Assembly (NCBI GenBank): GCA_001821395.1 | Contig: MHLM01000001.1 | Span: 138,840 to 202,839 of the forward strand | Reading direction: 5' to 3' | From: Candidatus Lloydbacteria bacterium RIFCSPHIGHO2_02_FULL_50_18 | GTDB taxonomy: Bacteria; Patescibacteriota; Minisyncoccia; Phycocordibacterales; UBA6899 | Length of the DNA stretch: 64,000 nt | Shown: positions 64,000 through 64,000 of the stretch, piece after piece | Numbering within the stretch: position 1 is the first letter of the stretch | How the letters are laid out: every line of letters begins with the position of its first letter | The notes under the pieces: model-generated | Database searches by the model: none | Told to the model about the DNA's origin: nothing | What the model saw: only the letters and a program-made list of their open reading frames with translations | Position numbers and translations under genes: made by a program

Positions 64000-64000
64000 A

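Overview
This 64-kb window comes from a small, AT-moderate bacterial genome (gene content suggests a reduced genome such as a Candidate Phyla Radiation lineage). Reasons: housekeeping set is compact, CCA is encoded on only some tRNAs, Shine-Dalgarno signals are weak, and there are many secreted and membrane proteins.

Housekeeping genes recognised directly from their translations: serS, dprA, topA, a short bifunctional Rel (RelA/SpoT) (p)ppGpp synthetase-hydrolase, parB, cdd, a 2-Cys peroxiredoxin, miaA, rpmG, alr, clpB, Fe/Mn superoxide dismutase, a YhhQ-like queuosine-precursor transporter, a cysteine desulfurase, infB-rbfA, gyrA, rpsA, pth, lepB, hisS, rpsU-ybeY-ftsA-ftsZ, trxB, an S41 C-terminal protease, a peptidoglycan amidase and a sortase. 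There are nine tRNA genes: Leu-CAA, Trp-CCA, Tyr-GTA, Cys-GCA, Leu-TAA, Lys-CTT, Leu-TAG, Val-GAC and Val-CAC.

Three things stand out.

1. A minus-strand operon (about 37.5-42.6 kb) encodes a SAM-dependent methyltransferase, an orphan ABC-type solute-binding protein and eight tandem, highly divergent VirB2/TrbC-like pilin paralogs (two subfamilies). It sits next to two unknown membrane proteins. It also sits next to a gene for an approximately 1270-aa surface protein (LamG, Ig-like, SASA-esterase-like and PG-binding domains) that is split by a frameshift at an A8 homopolymer. No T4SS ATPases are present in the window.

2. A family of miniature, hairpin-rich insertion elements lies immediately 3' of nearly every tRNA gene and, once, at the 3' end of topA. 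Each carries CUGC-tetraloop hairpins, conserved cores (for example GCGAGTCGGGGTCGCG...TGTGACC and GCCGTTCTCCCATATTTTTGA...GGTACTGACGCAGTAGGCG) and inverted and/or direct partial copies of the neighbouring gene's 3' terminus. The topA instance duplicates the last 23 codons with almost purely synonymous divergence.

3. Several GC-rich non-coding stretches with promoter and terminator signals may be structured RNAs.

All family assignments are from motifs read by eye. No database searches were run.
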